Positions 19,315 through 29,000 of a stretch of 64,000 nucleotides of DNA are shown here, piece after piece; the first letter of the stretch is position 1, and every line of letters starts with the position of its first letter. The DNA is from an uncultured Gammaproteobacteria bacterium (GTDB lineage: Bacteria > Patescibacteriota > Patescibacteriia > Patescibacteriales > BS150m-G62). Position numbers and translations under genes: made by a program. The stretch lies in assembly GCA_964569045.1 (NCBI GenBank), contig CAZMSR010000005.1:152-64151 (forward strand), read 5' to 3'. Under the pieces are notes generated by a model. It had not been told where the DNA came from. It made no database searches and worked only from the letters and a program-made list of their open reading frames with translations.

Positions 19315-21294
19315 ATGTTTAGAGTAAAATTATTTTTTATTCAGGTAATTAGTATTTTTATATTTTTATTTGTTTTTGTTAGTGGTGCTAGTGCTTACAC
19401 TGTTTGCGCTGTAATGGAGTCTGGTTTTGTTACTGAAATTAGTGATGGGGCGTGTGCTGGTAGCGCTAATGGTGGCGCTGATGGTGGTATTTCTTTTAAG
19501 CAAGAAACTAATAATCATGCTCCGAGTATTGCAGGATATAATTTTTCGCGTGCTAATAAGGGCCAACCGTATTCGGCTACAATACTTGCTAGTGACAAAG
19601 ATGGTGATCTTTTAACTTGGGAAATTACGCCATATGAAAATGGCTGTACTAATGATTTAGGTTGTGATGAATATCAGGATGAGAGTTGCGGAGATGATTG
19701 GACTGATTGGGCAAGTAAGGGTTGGAAAAATTTAGATAATGGAAGTTGGACTACTCAAACTATTAGACAACAACCGACTAGTGTTTATGGGCAGTTAAGC
19801 ATTAATTTTGGAATTGCTGGTGATGTTAGTAGGTGTTTTTTTAATGTTAAAGTAGTTGATGGACGTAATTCTGAATTTATTGATGAGCGTGATTTTTATA
19901 TTCAAACAAATGAAATGCCAATAATAAATGCTTCTAATTATACTTACACAGCAGGTGATGGAAATTTTAAATATAGTTTTGAGGCTTATTCTGATGATTT
20001 TGCTGTATACCCACTTGCATTAACAACAGCCAATGGTAATGATTTTCAAGATATAGAAATTACTTTAAATGATAAATCTAGAGATAAAGTTAATAATCCA
20101 ATAATTCCTGTTATTTTTGGATCAGCTAGATTTGTAAGGGAGGATGATAAGTATATATATAGTATTGATGTGCCATTTAATTCTGTTGACGCAGCTTTGC
20201 CAAATAGTGTAGATGATATTGTTAGTGATTTTAAGGTGACGGATAAGTTTGGTAATAGTACAACGGTTGATCCAATTGTTAAGTTAGAAAATAATGCTCC
20301 TATTGTAACGATTGAAGATAATTGTAGTGATGGTGGAAATAGAAATGGAGGGTTGGAGGAGTATGTTTGTAATATAAGTGTAAAAGATCCGGATTCTCAT
20401 GATATTATTTTATTAGAAGCTAAAGTAATGGAGGGCAATAAGGGCAATAATAGTATTATAGATTATCATCAAGAGGTGGGTGCAGATAAGACCGATGTTA
20501 AAATAACAGGTAAATTGTTTAAAAGTGGACAAGTAAAGATTGAAGTAAAAGCTAAAGATCAGTTTGATGGGGAAGTAATTAAAAATATTAGTTTTAGTGT
20601 AAAAAAAAGTTGTGGGGATGGTGGGGTAGATACTCTTAATGGTAATAATTTTATAGAACAATGTGATTGTGACAATGGTTTGACAAGTTGTGCTGGGATA
20701 GGTAATGGAAATGGAGATGCCGACACTGAGCAATATGAGTGTAATAATTGTAGGTGGGAGAGTGGATGGCTTGGTGATGGCATAAAGAATGGCGAAGAAG
20801 TGTGTGATCCTGCGCGTTCTCTAGTAAATGGTAATCTTAATCCTTCTTACATTAAAGGCTCATGTACTGTATTGGCTGAAAATCCTTTGTTTTCTGATGG
20901 TGGTAGATTACCAAATCATTGTATTTCTGCTGGTGTAAAAATAACTCTTAATGGTGATGAGGTTTGTAAAAATGATGGAACTGGATATTTTTGTGTTGCA
21001 AAAGAAGCTGTAGCAGGAGGAAGTTCTACTATGTGTAGTACTACAGATCCTAGTAAGAGCGATTACGCATGCTGTGAAATTGTGTCATGCTCTAAGGATG
21101 GTTGTAACTGTTGTGGTAGGCCAGAAGGTGCACATGATCTTGGTGATGGATATACTATGGTTCAAACTGGAGATGATGTATCCGGTGGTAATTGTAAAAC
21201 GGATTCTTGTAAGTTGTTTAATTTTGATGCAAATAAGCGTAATTGGAAATTTACTACAAATCATACGAGAGTTGATTATAGGTGTTGGAAGTAA
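19315..21294 (+). CDS. Secreted Cys-rich protein with a cadherin/Ig-like N-terminal region and Cys-repeat C-terminal half
   Basis: 659 aa. Signal peptide FIFLFVFVSGASA. SATILASDKDGDLLTWEI resembles a cadherin-like repeat. GDGIKNGEEVCDP resembles the Myxococcus-type cysteine-rich repeat. Confidence 0.6.
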   Translation: MFRVKLFFIQVISIFIFLFVFVSGASAYTVCAVMESGFVTEISDGACAGSANGGADGGISFKQETNNHAPSIAGYNFSRANKGQPYSATILASDKDGDLLTWEITPYENGCTNDLGCDEYQDESCGDDWTDWASKGWKNLDNGSWTTQTIRQQPTSVYGQLSINFGIAGDVSRCFFNVKVVDGRNSEFIDERDFYIQTNEMPIINASNYTYTAGDGNFKYSFEAYSDDFAVYPLALTTANGNDFQDIEITLNDKSRDKVNNPIIPVIFGSARFVREDDKYIYSIDVPFNSVDAALPNSVDDIVSDFKVTDKFGNSTTVDPIVKLENNAPIVTIEDNCSDGGNRNGGLEEYVCNISVKDPDSHDIILLEAKVMEGNKGNNSIIDYHQEVGADKTDVKITGKLFKSGQVKIEVKAKDQFDGEVIKNISFSVKKSCGDGGVDTLNGNNFIEQCDCDNGLTSCAGIGNGNGDADTEQYECNNCRWESGWLGDGIKNGEEVCDPARSLVNGNLNPSYIKGSCTVLAENPLFSDGGRLPNHCISAGVKITLNGDEVCKNDGTGYFCVAKEAVAGGSSTMCSTTDPSKSDYACCEIVSCSKDGCNCCGRPEGAHDLGDGYTMVQTGDDVSGGNCKTDSCKLFNFDANKRNWKFTTNHTRVDYRCWK

Positions 21295-22226
21295 TTAATA
21301 GTATTTATATGTTAGCTGGGAAAATGAGAAAAATAATTATTGGTGGTGTATTGTTAATTTTTTTAATTATTTTGTTTGTTTTATTTAATTTTAAAAAAGA
21401 TGTTGAGGTTTCTGATGTTTTTAAAAATAAAAGTGAAATTGGAGATGTAGACATAAGAGTTAGTGATGAAGAGATAGAAAAGAATATTGAAAATAATGGA
21501 GATGATATTGGCGCAGAAGTTGAGTTAGATGATGTGGTTGTAGATAGATTTTTAGAGTTAAATAGTGAGTTAAGTAAAGGTCAAGTAAGAGATTTCAAAG
21601 AAATAGCCAAGAAAGTTGAAAATTTTAATCCTCAAGAAGTTGTTGATTTGTGTAATAATAGGAGTGATAGTGAGGATTGCAGAAAATCAGTTGCTTTTCT
21701 AAAACAGAATAGCGATTATTGCCATATTTATCGTAACAGAACTGAGGATTTTGATAAGCATGAGCATGATGATGCTTTTGTGGATGAGTGTATTCAGGCA
21801 ATTATTGTTGAAAGTAAGGCAGGCGTTACAATAAAGTGTGAGGAGTTGAATGATGATGATTATTATAATTGTTTAAATCAAGTATTTAATGTAAGCGGCA
21901 AACAAATTGATTGTAGTTTAGTAAGGGATTCTTATGTGCAGAGTTATTGTATTGATTTAAGTTCTTATGAGTTAGCTTATGGTAAATATAATAAAGAGTT
22001 GTGTGTGAATATTAAAAATGAAAAATTAAATAAATTTTGTAATAAGAATATAAAAGGTAAAACAGAAGATATTGACAATGATGGTTTAACTGATTTGGAT
22101 GAAATTAATATTTATAATACTCACTACAAAAATCCAGATACAGATAATGATGGATATTTAGATGGAGAAGAGGTTAAGGCTGGATATAATCCATTAGGTG
22201 AGGGGAAATTGATAATTACGAATTAG
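21282..22226 (+). CDS. Membrane-anchored Cys-rich protein with C-terminal Ca-binding (thrombospondin type 3-like) repeats
   Basis: The likely true start is M15 (21324, MRKIIIGGVLLIFLIILF as a TM anchor). The C-terminus reads DIDNDGLTDLDE...NPDTDNDGYLDGEE. Confidence 0.55.
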   Translation: MLEVINSIYMLAGKMRKIIIGGVLLIFLIILFVLFNFKKDVEVSDVFKNKSEIGDVDIRVSDEEIEKNIENNGDDIGAEVELDDVVVDRFLELNSELSKGQVRDFKEIAKKVENFNPQEVVDLCNNRSDSEDCRKSVAFLKQNSDYCHIYRNRTEDFDKHEHDDAFVDECIQAIIVESKAGVTIKCEELNDDDYYNCLNQVFNVSGKQIDCSLVRDSYVQSYCIDLSSYELAYGKYNKELCVNIKNEKLNKFCNKNIKGKTEDIDNDGLTDLDEINIYNTHYKNPDTDNDGYLDGEEVKAGYNPLGEGKLIITN

Positions 22227-22300
22227 TAATTATTGATTACGAATTATTGGTTTTAGATAGTTGTCCATTGATTCATGTAATTTTAAAATTCATCAATAAA

Positions 22301-22340
22301 AGAAACGCAGCTTTCTCTTGAAAGTTGCGTTTCTTTGCTT
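22301..22340 (+). terminator. Intrinsic terminator between the Cys-rich genes and pilC
   Basis: 15-bp stem agaaacgcagctttc / gaaagttgcgtttct (one G-U pair) with loop tctt, followed by ttgctt. Confidence 0.6.
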
Positions 22341-22388
22341 AATTGTTAATTTAGTTCAGATTTAAATTTATCGTCCTTAATTAATATG

Positions 22389-22397
22389 TGGTATAAT
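22389..22397 (+). promoter_or_regulatory. Extended -10 promoter element (TGgTATAAT) upstream of pilC
   Basis: tggtataat lies ~50 nt upstream of the pilC ATG, downstream of the terminator at 22301. Confidence 0.45.
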
Positions 22398-22446
22398 ATC
22401 TAGAATAGAAAGAGTCTGTTAATAATTTTTTATATTGTAAATATTA

Positions 22447-23580
22447 ATGCCTCAGGTAACTCAAAAAGAGCAGGAGAAAATAAAAAAAAGAAATCGAGAA
22501 GAGCTTAAAAAAAAAATTCTTAAGTATGAATTTAATGTTGGCAGAGTAACTTTAACCCAAAAAGCTTTTTTTGCAAAAAATTTGGCAGTTATGCTTTCTA
22601 GTGGCTTGGGTATTGTTGAGGCACTAGATATTTCAGTTGATTCAACTCATGGTAAATTTAAAAAAATATTACAAGGGGTAGTAAAATCAGTGGAGTCGGG
22701 TAGATCTCTTTCAGAAAGCATGAAGCTTTACCCAAAAGCATTTCCTACTTTTTTTGTAAGTTCAGTATATGCCGGAGAAGAGTCAGGTACGCTTGAAGAG
22801 AATTTGGGTCAAGTTGCTACTCAGCTTAAAAAAGAAAAAGAACTTTTAGATAAGATAAAGGGAGCAATGATTTATCCTACTGTTATTTTGATAGCCGGAG
22901 TGGTTCTTGGATTATTTGTTTCTTTTTTTATTTTACCTAAGATATTGCCATTATTTGAAGGTTTTAAGCAGGAATTGCCTTTTACAACGCGGGCTTTGAT
23001 TGCTTTTTCACATTTTATAGATCAATATCGAGATTCAATTGTGTATATTTTAATAATATTTACCGTATTTATGTCTTGGTTGTTAAAGCAAGAATTTACT
23101 TTTCCGGTAACTCATAAGATATTGCTAAAAATGCCTATTGTTAAGGGTATATCGCGCGGTGTTAATTTGGCTCGTTTTTCTAGGACTTTAGGCACTCTTT
23201 TAATGAGTGGTCTTAACATTGATGAGGCGTTAGATATTACTGGTAATGCTGTAGGGAATCATTACTATAAAAAAAGCATTAAACATGTTAGTACAAGAAT
23301 TCAAACGGGAGCTTCTATGTCCAGTAGTTTAATAAGATACGAAAAACTTTATCCACGGATTACTTCTAGAATGATTAAAGTCGGAGAGGAGTCTGGAAAA
23401 CTTGATGAGACTTTAATTTATATTGCTACATTTTACGAAGATGAGGTTGATAATGCAACAAAATCATTATCAACAGCGCTTGAGCCAATTTTGCTTGTTG
23501 TAATTGGTTTTGCAGTTGGGTTTTTAGCTCTTGCTATTATTACTCCAATTTACAATATTACAGGAAGTATTCAAGGGTAA
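22447..23580 (+). CDS. pilC: Type IV pilus platform protein (GspF/PilC family)
   Basis: 377 aa. Duplicated T2SS-F domain pattern with three TM segments. Typical motifs FFAKNLAVMLSSGL and FSRTLGTLLMSGL. Confidence 0.9.
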   Translation: MPQVTQKEQEKIKKRNREELKKKILKYEFNVGRVTLTQKAFFAKNLAVMLSSGLGIVEALDISVDSTHGKFKKILQGVVKSVESGRSLSESMKLYPKAFPTFFVSSVYAGEESGTLEENLGQVATQLKKEKELLDKIKGAMIYPTVILIAGVVLGLFVSFFILPKILPLFEGFKQELPFTTRALIAFSHFIDQYRDSIVYILIIFTVFMSWLLKQEFTFPVTHKILLKMPIVKGISRGVNLARFSRTLGTLLMSGLNIDEALDITGNAVGNHYYKKSIKHVSTRIQTGASMSSSLIRYEKLYPRITSRMIKVGEESGKLDETLIYIATFYEDEVDNATKSLSTALEPILLVVIGFAVGFLALAIITPIYNITGSIQG

Positions 23581-23621
23581 GATATAATTTTTTAAAAATA
23601 ATTAATTATTTAAAATTAAAT

Positions 23622-26012
23622 ATGATTTTAAAACAAGTAAAAATAAAAAGAAGAATAGCTTTAATACTCTATTTTTTATCAAAAAAATTTCAAAGAGGTT
23701 TTACAACTTTAGAAGTGTTAATGGTGGTTGGTATAGCTGCTTTTTTAGTATCGACAGCGGGTGCTATTTATTCTAATTTACGTGAAGCTCAATTAAGGCA
23801 AGCGCCACTTCAGTTAATTGAGCATTTGCGGCAGCAGCAACAAAGATCTTGTGTGCAATATAATGATAATATGCATGGGGTTAAGTTGGAAGGAAATAAA
23901 TATACTCTTTTTCAGGGTGAGTCTTATAATACAAGAGATCCCCAATACGACATAGTTTATGAATTGGATGATGCGATAAGTTTGTGTTGGACATTGGTGC
24001 GAGAGACTGGTGAATCTGGTGGTAGCGGGTCTGGCGGAGGTTTAGCCGGAAGCGAATTTACAAATGAAGTGACATTTTCTCAAAGTGGATGCAAAATTCC
24101 TGTTAGTACTGGTTTGATTGCGGTTTCACATGTAGTAGAAGGTACAAAAATTATTAACATTAATCCGCTAGGCAGAATTGCGTACCAACCAGAAGTTGAT
24201 GAGTATTGTCATTGCGAAGCAGGTTTTACTAATTTAGTTTGTGAAGAAGTGCCAATTTGTCATCATCCTCCAGGAGTGAATGGTGTATATCCAACATGTA
24301 ATGGGCAGGGTGCATCAATTTACATAAGAGATAATATTATAATAGGTGGTCCAGATAATGGTCAGGTTTATTCTGGTGTTTTAAATGGGACAGGAGGGGC
24401 TGATGTAATAGTTGGTTCTATTGGTGATGACGAAATAAATGGCAATGGCGGAGATGATGTGATTTGTGGTCGTGGTGGAAACAATATAATAACAGGTTCT
24501 GGAGCTGATTATATTTTTTCAAAAAGAGGTGATGATATAATTAATTTGGGTAATGGAAGTTCTCGTGTTGTTGTAGAGGGTGGTGATAATGTTATTAATG
24601 GTGGGAATGGAATGGATTTTATAATTACAGGTGCTGGTAATGACACTATTCATGGTGGAAATGCAAAAGATGTAATAATTAGTTATGGTGGAGATAATAA
24701 TATAAATGCTGGAGGGGATAATGGTAAAGATATCGTATGCACTGGAAATGGTAATGATATTATTGAGGGTGGAAATGGCAAAGATTTGATAGATTCTCAT
24801 GGGGGAAATGATACTATAAATGGCGGTCATGCTCCAGATGTTTGTTTAAACGGAGAAAATTTAACTGATTGCGAGAATACAATTGAGTCTATTCCGGAAT
24901 GTGAAGGGTATACTTATTATGAGGAAGTTGGTGAGCCAATTTGTCATTATCCGCCAGATAATCCATTTATAACTCAGACTATTTTTGTGCCTGAATCTGA
25001 TGTTGCTTATCATTTATTTCATGGGGATATTGAAGGAGTTTGTGATCAAGATGAGGAAACTAGAACAATTGAAGTTGATGGAATGAATATTCTTGCTCAT
25101 TTAGAGCATGGTGATGGCATTGGTGAGTGCGTGGAAATATGTCATGTATATCCAGATACAATTATTGATGGAGATGGAGGAGAAGAAGGAGGTGAAGGTG
25201 AAGGTGGTAGTGGTGGTATAATAGACGGAACCGTTCCAGGAAGTGATTGTTTCAAATCTCATAAAATAGGAATATGTCATATTCCACCAGGGAATCCTGA
25301 GAATGCTCATAATATTTGTGTTGGTATAGCATCTAAAAAAGCTCATATTGATCATGGTGATACTTTAAGTGGGTGTACTCAAGAATTAGCAGGATCTCAG
25401 TATACTATGCTAGTTAATCAAGATAATGTTGATGATCATATGGCACATGGTGATAATCTTGGAGCTTGTGAAGCTATAATGACAATTTGCCATGAAGGTG
25501 CAAATATTAATATTTTAGTATCAGAGTGGAATAATCATATAGCACATGGAGATTTAGAGGGTGAGTGTCCATCAGACCAACAAATTGTAATTTGCCATGA
25601 AGGTGTTGATTTAAATATATTGCAATCAGAGTGGTTAAGTCATCAGTTGCATGGTGATACTCAAGGAAGCTGCCCAACTATTCCCGGTCCTTGTGGTACT
25701 TGTGAAGGAAAAGTGCAAGAGATGACTTTAAAATATAATGGTTTTGCAACTTCGACTATTAAGATAAGGCAAAAGCAAGGTGAAATAGTATTTAATCAGA
25801 TTGTTTATCCTCAAGATCAATTTACATTTAGTGGAGTTGATAATCAGAATACGTTAAGTCCAGATATTGATGTTTTAGTAAATGATATACTTAATGCAGA
25901 ATTTCATACAAGCTGTTCTGCGCCAATTGGAGTTGGTATGGTTGATGGTGATTTTGAGATAATGTCTGGATTTAGTAGGGAAGGTGGTGCTCTTTGTGAG
26001 TATATTGAATAG
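23622..26012 (+). CDS. Giant pilin-like protein: prepilin leader, RTX-like Ca-binding repeats, six ICH...HGDxxGxC modules, and a C-terminal HTSCSxPIG domain
   Basis: 796 aa. Class III signal QRG|FTTLEVLMVVGIAAFLV with Glu at +5. See the two repeat features below. Confidence 0.7.
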   Translation: MILKQVKIKRRIALILYFLSKKFQRGFTTLEVLMVVGIAAFLVSTAGAIYSNLREAQLRQAPLQLIEHLRQQQQRSCVQYNDNMHGVKLEGNKYTLFQGESYNTRDPQYDIVYELDDAISLCWTLVRETGESGGSGSGGGLAGSEFTNEVTFSQSGCKIPVSTGLIAVSHVVEGTKIININPLGRIAYQPEVDEYCHCEAGFTNLVCEEVPICHHPPGVNGVYPTCNGQGASIYIRDNIIIGGPDNGQVYSGVLNGTGGADVIVGSIGDDEINGNGGDDVICGRGGNNIITGSGADYIFSKRGDDIINLGNGSSRVVVEGGDNVINGGNGMDFIITGAGNDTIHGGNAKDVIISYGGDNNINAGGDNGKDIVCTGNGNDIIEGGNGKDLIDSHGGNDTINGGHAPDVCLNGENLTDCENTIESIPECEGYTYYEEVGEPICHYPPDNPFITQTIFVPESDVAYHLFHGDIEGVCDQDEETRTIEVDGMNILAHLEHGDGIGECVEICHVYPDTIIDGDGGEEGGEGEGGSGGIIDGTVPGSDCFKSHKIGICHIPPGNPENAHNICVGIASKKAHIDHGDTLSGCTQELAGSQYTMLVNQDNVDDHMAHGDNLGACEAIMTICHEGANINILVSEWNNHIAHGDLEGECPSDQQIVICHEGVDLNILQSEWLSHQLHGDTQGSCPTIPGPCGTCEGKVQEMTLKYNGFATSTIKIRQKQGEIVFNQIVYPQDQFTFSGVDNQNTLSPDIDVLVNDILNAEFHTSCSAPIGVGMVDGDFEIMSGFSREGGALCEYIE
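24390..24827 (+). repeat. Coding tandem repeats of the hemolysin-type (GGxGxD-like) nonapeptide class
   Basis: aa 257-402 read GGADVIVGSIGDDEINGNGGDDVICGRGGNNIITGSGADYIF...GGNGKDLIDSHGGNDTINGG. Confidence 0.65.
24939..25673 (+). repeat. Repeated ICH(x)PPGNP ... (A/L)HxxHGDxxGxC modules
   Basis: Over the whole protein I counted six HGDxxG(x)C motifs (aa 467, 496, 578, 609, 642, 677) and six ICH motifs (aa 212, 440, 506, 551, 622, 657). Confidence 0.7.
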
Positions 26013-26058
26013 TTTTTTACAATAATCAGATAGCTACTCAGGTAGAAATACCTGAGTA

Positions 26059-29000
26059 GTGTTCGGTTACATGATGTTTGATAAAAACGTAAACAATAAA
26101 GGAGTATCTGTGCTTGGGATAATTTTAGCTTTAGCAATTTATGCGATAATGAGTTCTGCAATAATTTCTTTAATTTTAGGAAGTTTTGCTGGGGTTATGC
26201 GTTCTGAACAATGGATCGAAGGTAATAGTATTGCGCAAGAGGGGTATGAGGCTGTTCGTTCAATTAGAGATAGGGCTTGGAATGAAGTAGTGTTAATCAA
26301 GAGTGCTATTGCTACAAATACAAACGGTTGGGTTTTTAGTGGAGAAGGTACTGTTGAGCAAATTGGAGATTTTACAAGAACTATTGATTTTGAAGATGTA
26401 TGTCGTAATTTAAGCAATGATATAGCTGCATGCCCAAGTGAATACTTGGATATTCAATCTAAGAAAGTAAATATTAAAGTTGTGTGGCCAATTTTAGCGC
26501 TTGGTGGAATTGCAACATCATCAGCGCAATATTCAACATATTTAAATAATTGGGAAGGACCAAATTGGTTGCAAACTGATTGGACTGGTGGTGACGGTCA
26601 ATCAGTATGGTTAAATGAATCCAAATATTACCAGGATGACACAAATTTTTTAACCACAGATGTTGGAGAAATTAAACTTTATACAGCTACTGAAGGTGGT
26701 GGATGGTTTCCTAGTGGTGGTTTTGATGTTACTGATACTAGTGATGTAGATTTTGATGGAGGGACTTATAATAATGCTACATCTATTAGAACTGGAGATT
26801 CCTCAAGTGTTGTACTTGATGAAGGTTATATTTGGGTTGAGCATGCTGATAGTACTATAACGACAACCGAGGATATTAATGATATTAGTGTGGTTACTGC
26901 TAGTAATATATGGGCAGTAGCTAATAATGGTGCGATTTTAAAATATGATGGAAATTCTTGGCAGGAGCATTCTAATAAGGGTGCTATTGATTTAAATGCT
27001 TTGGAAATGATTGATTCTACTGATGGATGGGCTGTAGGTGATGGAGGGCAGGTTTTTCAATATGATAACGGGGCAGATGCTTGGGTGAATTCTTTAAATA
27101 TACCGGAGGTGAATGATGATTTGGTAGTAGAATTTAATCAAGGTAATTTAAGTAATGTGGTTATCACTAGTGTTGATGATGGCGAAATTGTTTTGAGTCA
27201 GTTTAATGGTTGGTTAGAAAGGTCTGAAAGTTCAGTACTTACTACAGAAAATATAAATTCAGTTTCAATGGTAAGCGCAAATGAAATTTGGGCAGTCGGT
27301 GATAGTGGTAAGATTTTGTATTTTGATGGTATAAATTGGGTGGAAAATAATGATTTAGGGGCAGATGAAATATTTGATATTGATATGGTGAGTTCTGACG
27401 AGGGTTGGGCTGTTGGGCAAAGTTCAAAATTTTATTATTTTAACGGTGTAAGTTGGAATATATTTAATGATTTAGGTAATAGGTTAATTTATGCAGTTGA
27501 TATGATAAATGCTAATGATGGCTGGGCAACTGGTGATAGTGGAAAGATTTATCATTATGATGGTGTTTCTTGGTCAGAATTTGTTGATTTAGGCAATGCT
27601 CGAATTTATGATATTAATATGATAGATGCTAATGATGGTTGGGCAGTAGCTAGCGCAGGACGAGTTTACCACTATGATGGGTTAATTTGGTCAGAGTTTG
27701 TTGATACTGGCGCAACTGATTGGTATCAAGTTGATTTTGTTGATTCTGATAATGGATGGATGACAGGTTCGAATGGAAAAATATGGCGTTATGATGGAGT
27801 TAGTTGGAGTGAAGTAGTCGACACTGGTGCAACAACGTGGTTAGGATTGGATATGTTGGATGTGAATAATGGAATTGTTGTTGGTGATGCTGGGCAAATT
27901 CAAATTTGGGATGGATTATCTTGGGTAATTGAATCTTCTCCGGTAACATCGGATTTAAATGAGGTGATTTATGTTAATGCTGATGATATTTGGTCTGTTG
28001 GGAGTGGAGGAGTAATTATACAAAAAGGGATTTTTTACCAAGATAGTGGGACATTCGAGTCAAGGATTATAGATTCTGGCAGTGCTTTGTCTAATTGGGC
28101 TACTGCTAGCTGGGAGGAGGTGTTGCCTGCTGGCTCTGACATAACTATTCAGGTTAGAGCAGGTGAGACTGCAACACCAGATCCAACGTGGTCAGTTTGG
28201 GGTTCTTTTTTGACTAATTCAAATGGTTCAAGCGTGTTGTCTACTGTAGGTCAATATGTTCAATATAGAGTGAATTTTACAAGAGGTTTTAATCCAAAAG
28301 TAACTTCGGAATTCCATGATATTGCTATAACTTATAATGAGCCTACAATAGAAAATATTAATGATATATCAATAGTGTCAAGTGATAATTATTGGGTGGT
28401 GGGTGATGGTGGGTTTATTGCAAATTATAATGGGTTTAGTTTAATTGGGGTAGTATCGCCAGTTAGTGAGGTGTTAAATTCTATTGATATGGTGAGCGCA
28501 AATGAAGGTTGGGCTGTTGGAGAAAGTGGGAAAATTTTATATTATGATGGCGTGTCTTGGGTTGAATTTGTTGATACAGGAGTAATGAATTGGATGTCTG
28601 TAAAGATGATTAATTCAACAAATGGGTGGTTGGTTGGAGGTAACGGATTGATTTATAACTATGATGGAGCATCTTGGGCATTGTATTCTGATGAAGGCAC
28701 AATGACTTGGAATGATTTAGATGTAGTTTCACCAGTATTTGGTTTGGTGGTTGGAGATGGTGGACAAATTTATCAATTTGATGGTGCTGTGTGGCAATCA
28801 ATGTCATCTCCGGTATCTTTAGTATTAAATGCAGTAGATGGTTTGAGTAGCACAAATGCTTGGATAGGAGGAAGTGATGGCACGATTTTAAATTATGATT
28901 TATATCATTATCCAGAAGGTACTTTTTTATCTCAAGTTTTTGATGGAGCTGAGGTTGATCCTGGTTGGGACGTGGTATATTGGCAAGAAAGTTTACCAGT

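Noticed and set aside
24519-25355. Minus-strand ORFs 24519..24830 and 25101..25355
   Set aside because: They are antisense to the repeat region of the 796-aa gene, and their I/T/N-rich periodic translations simply mirror the sense-strand repeats.
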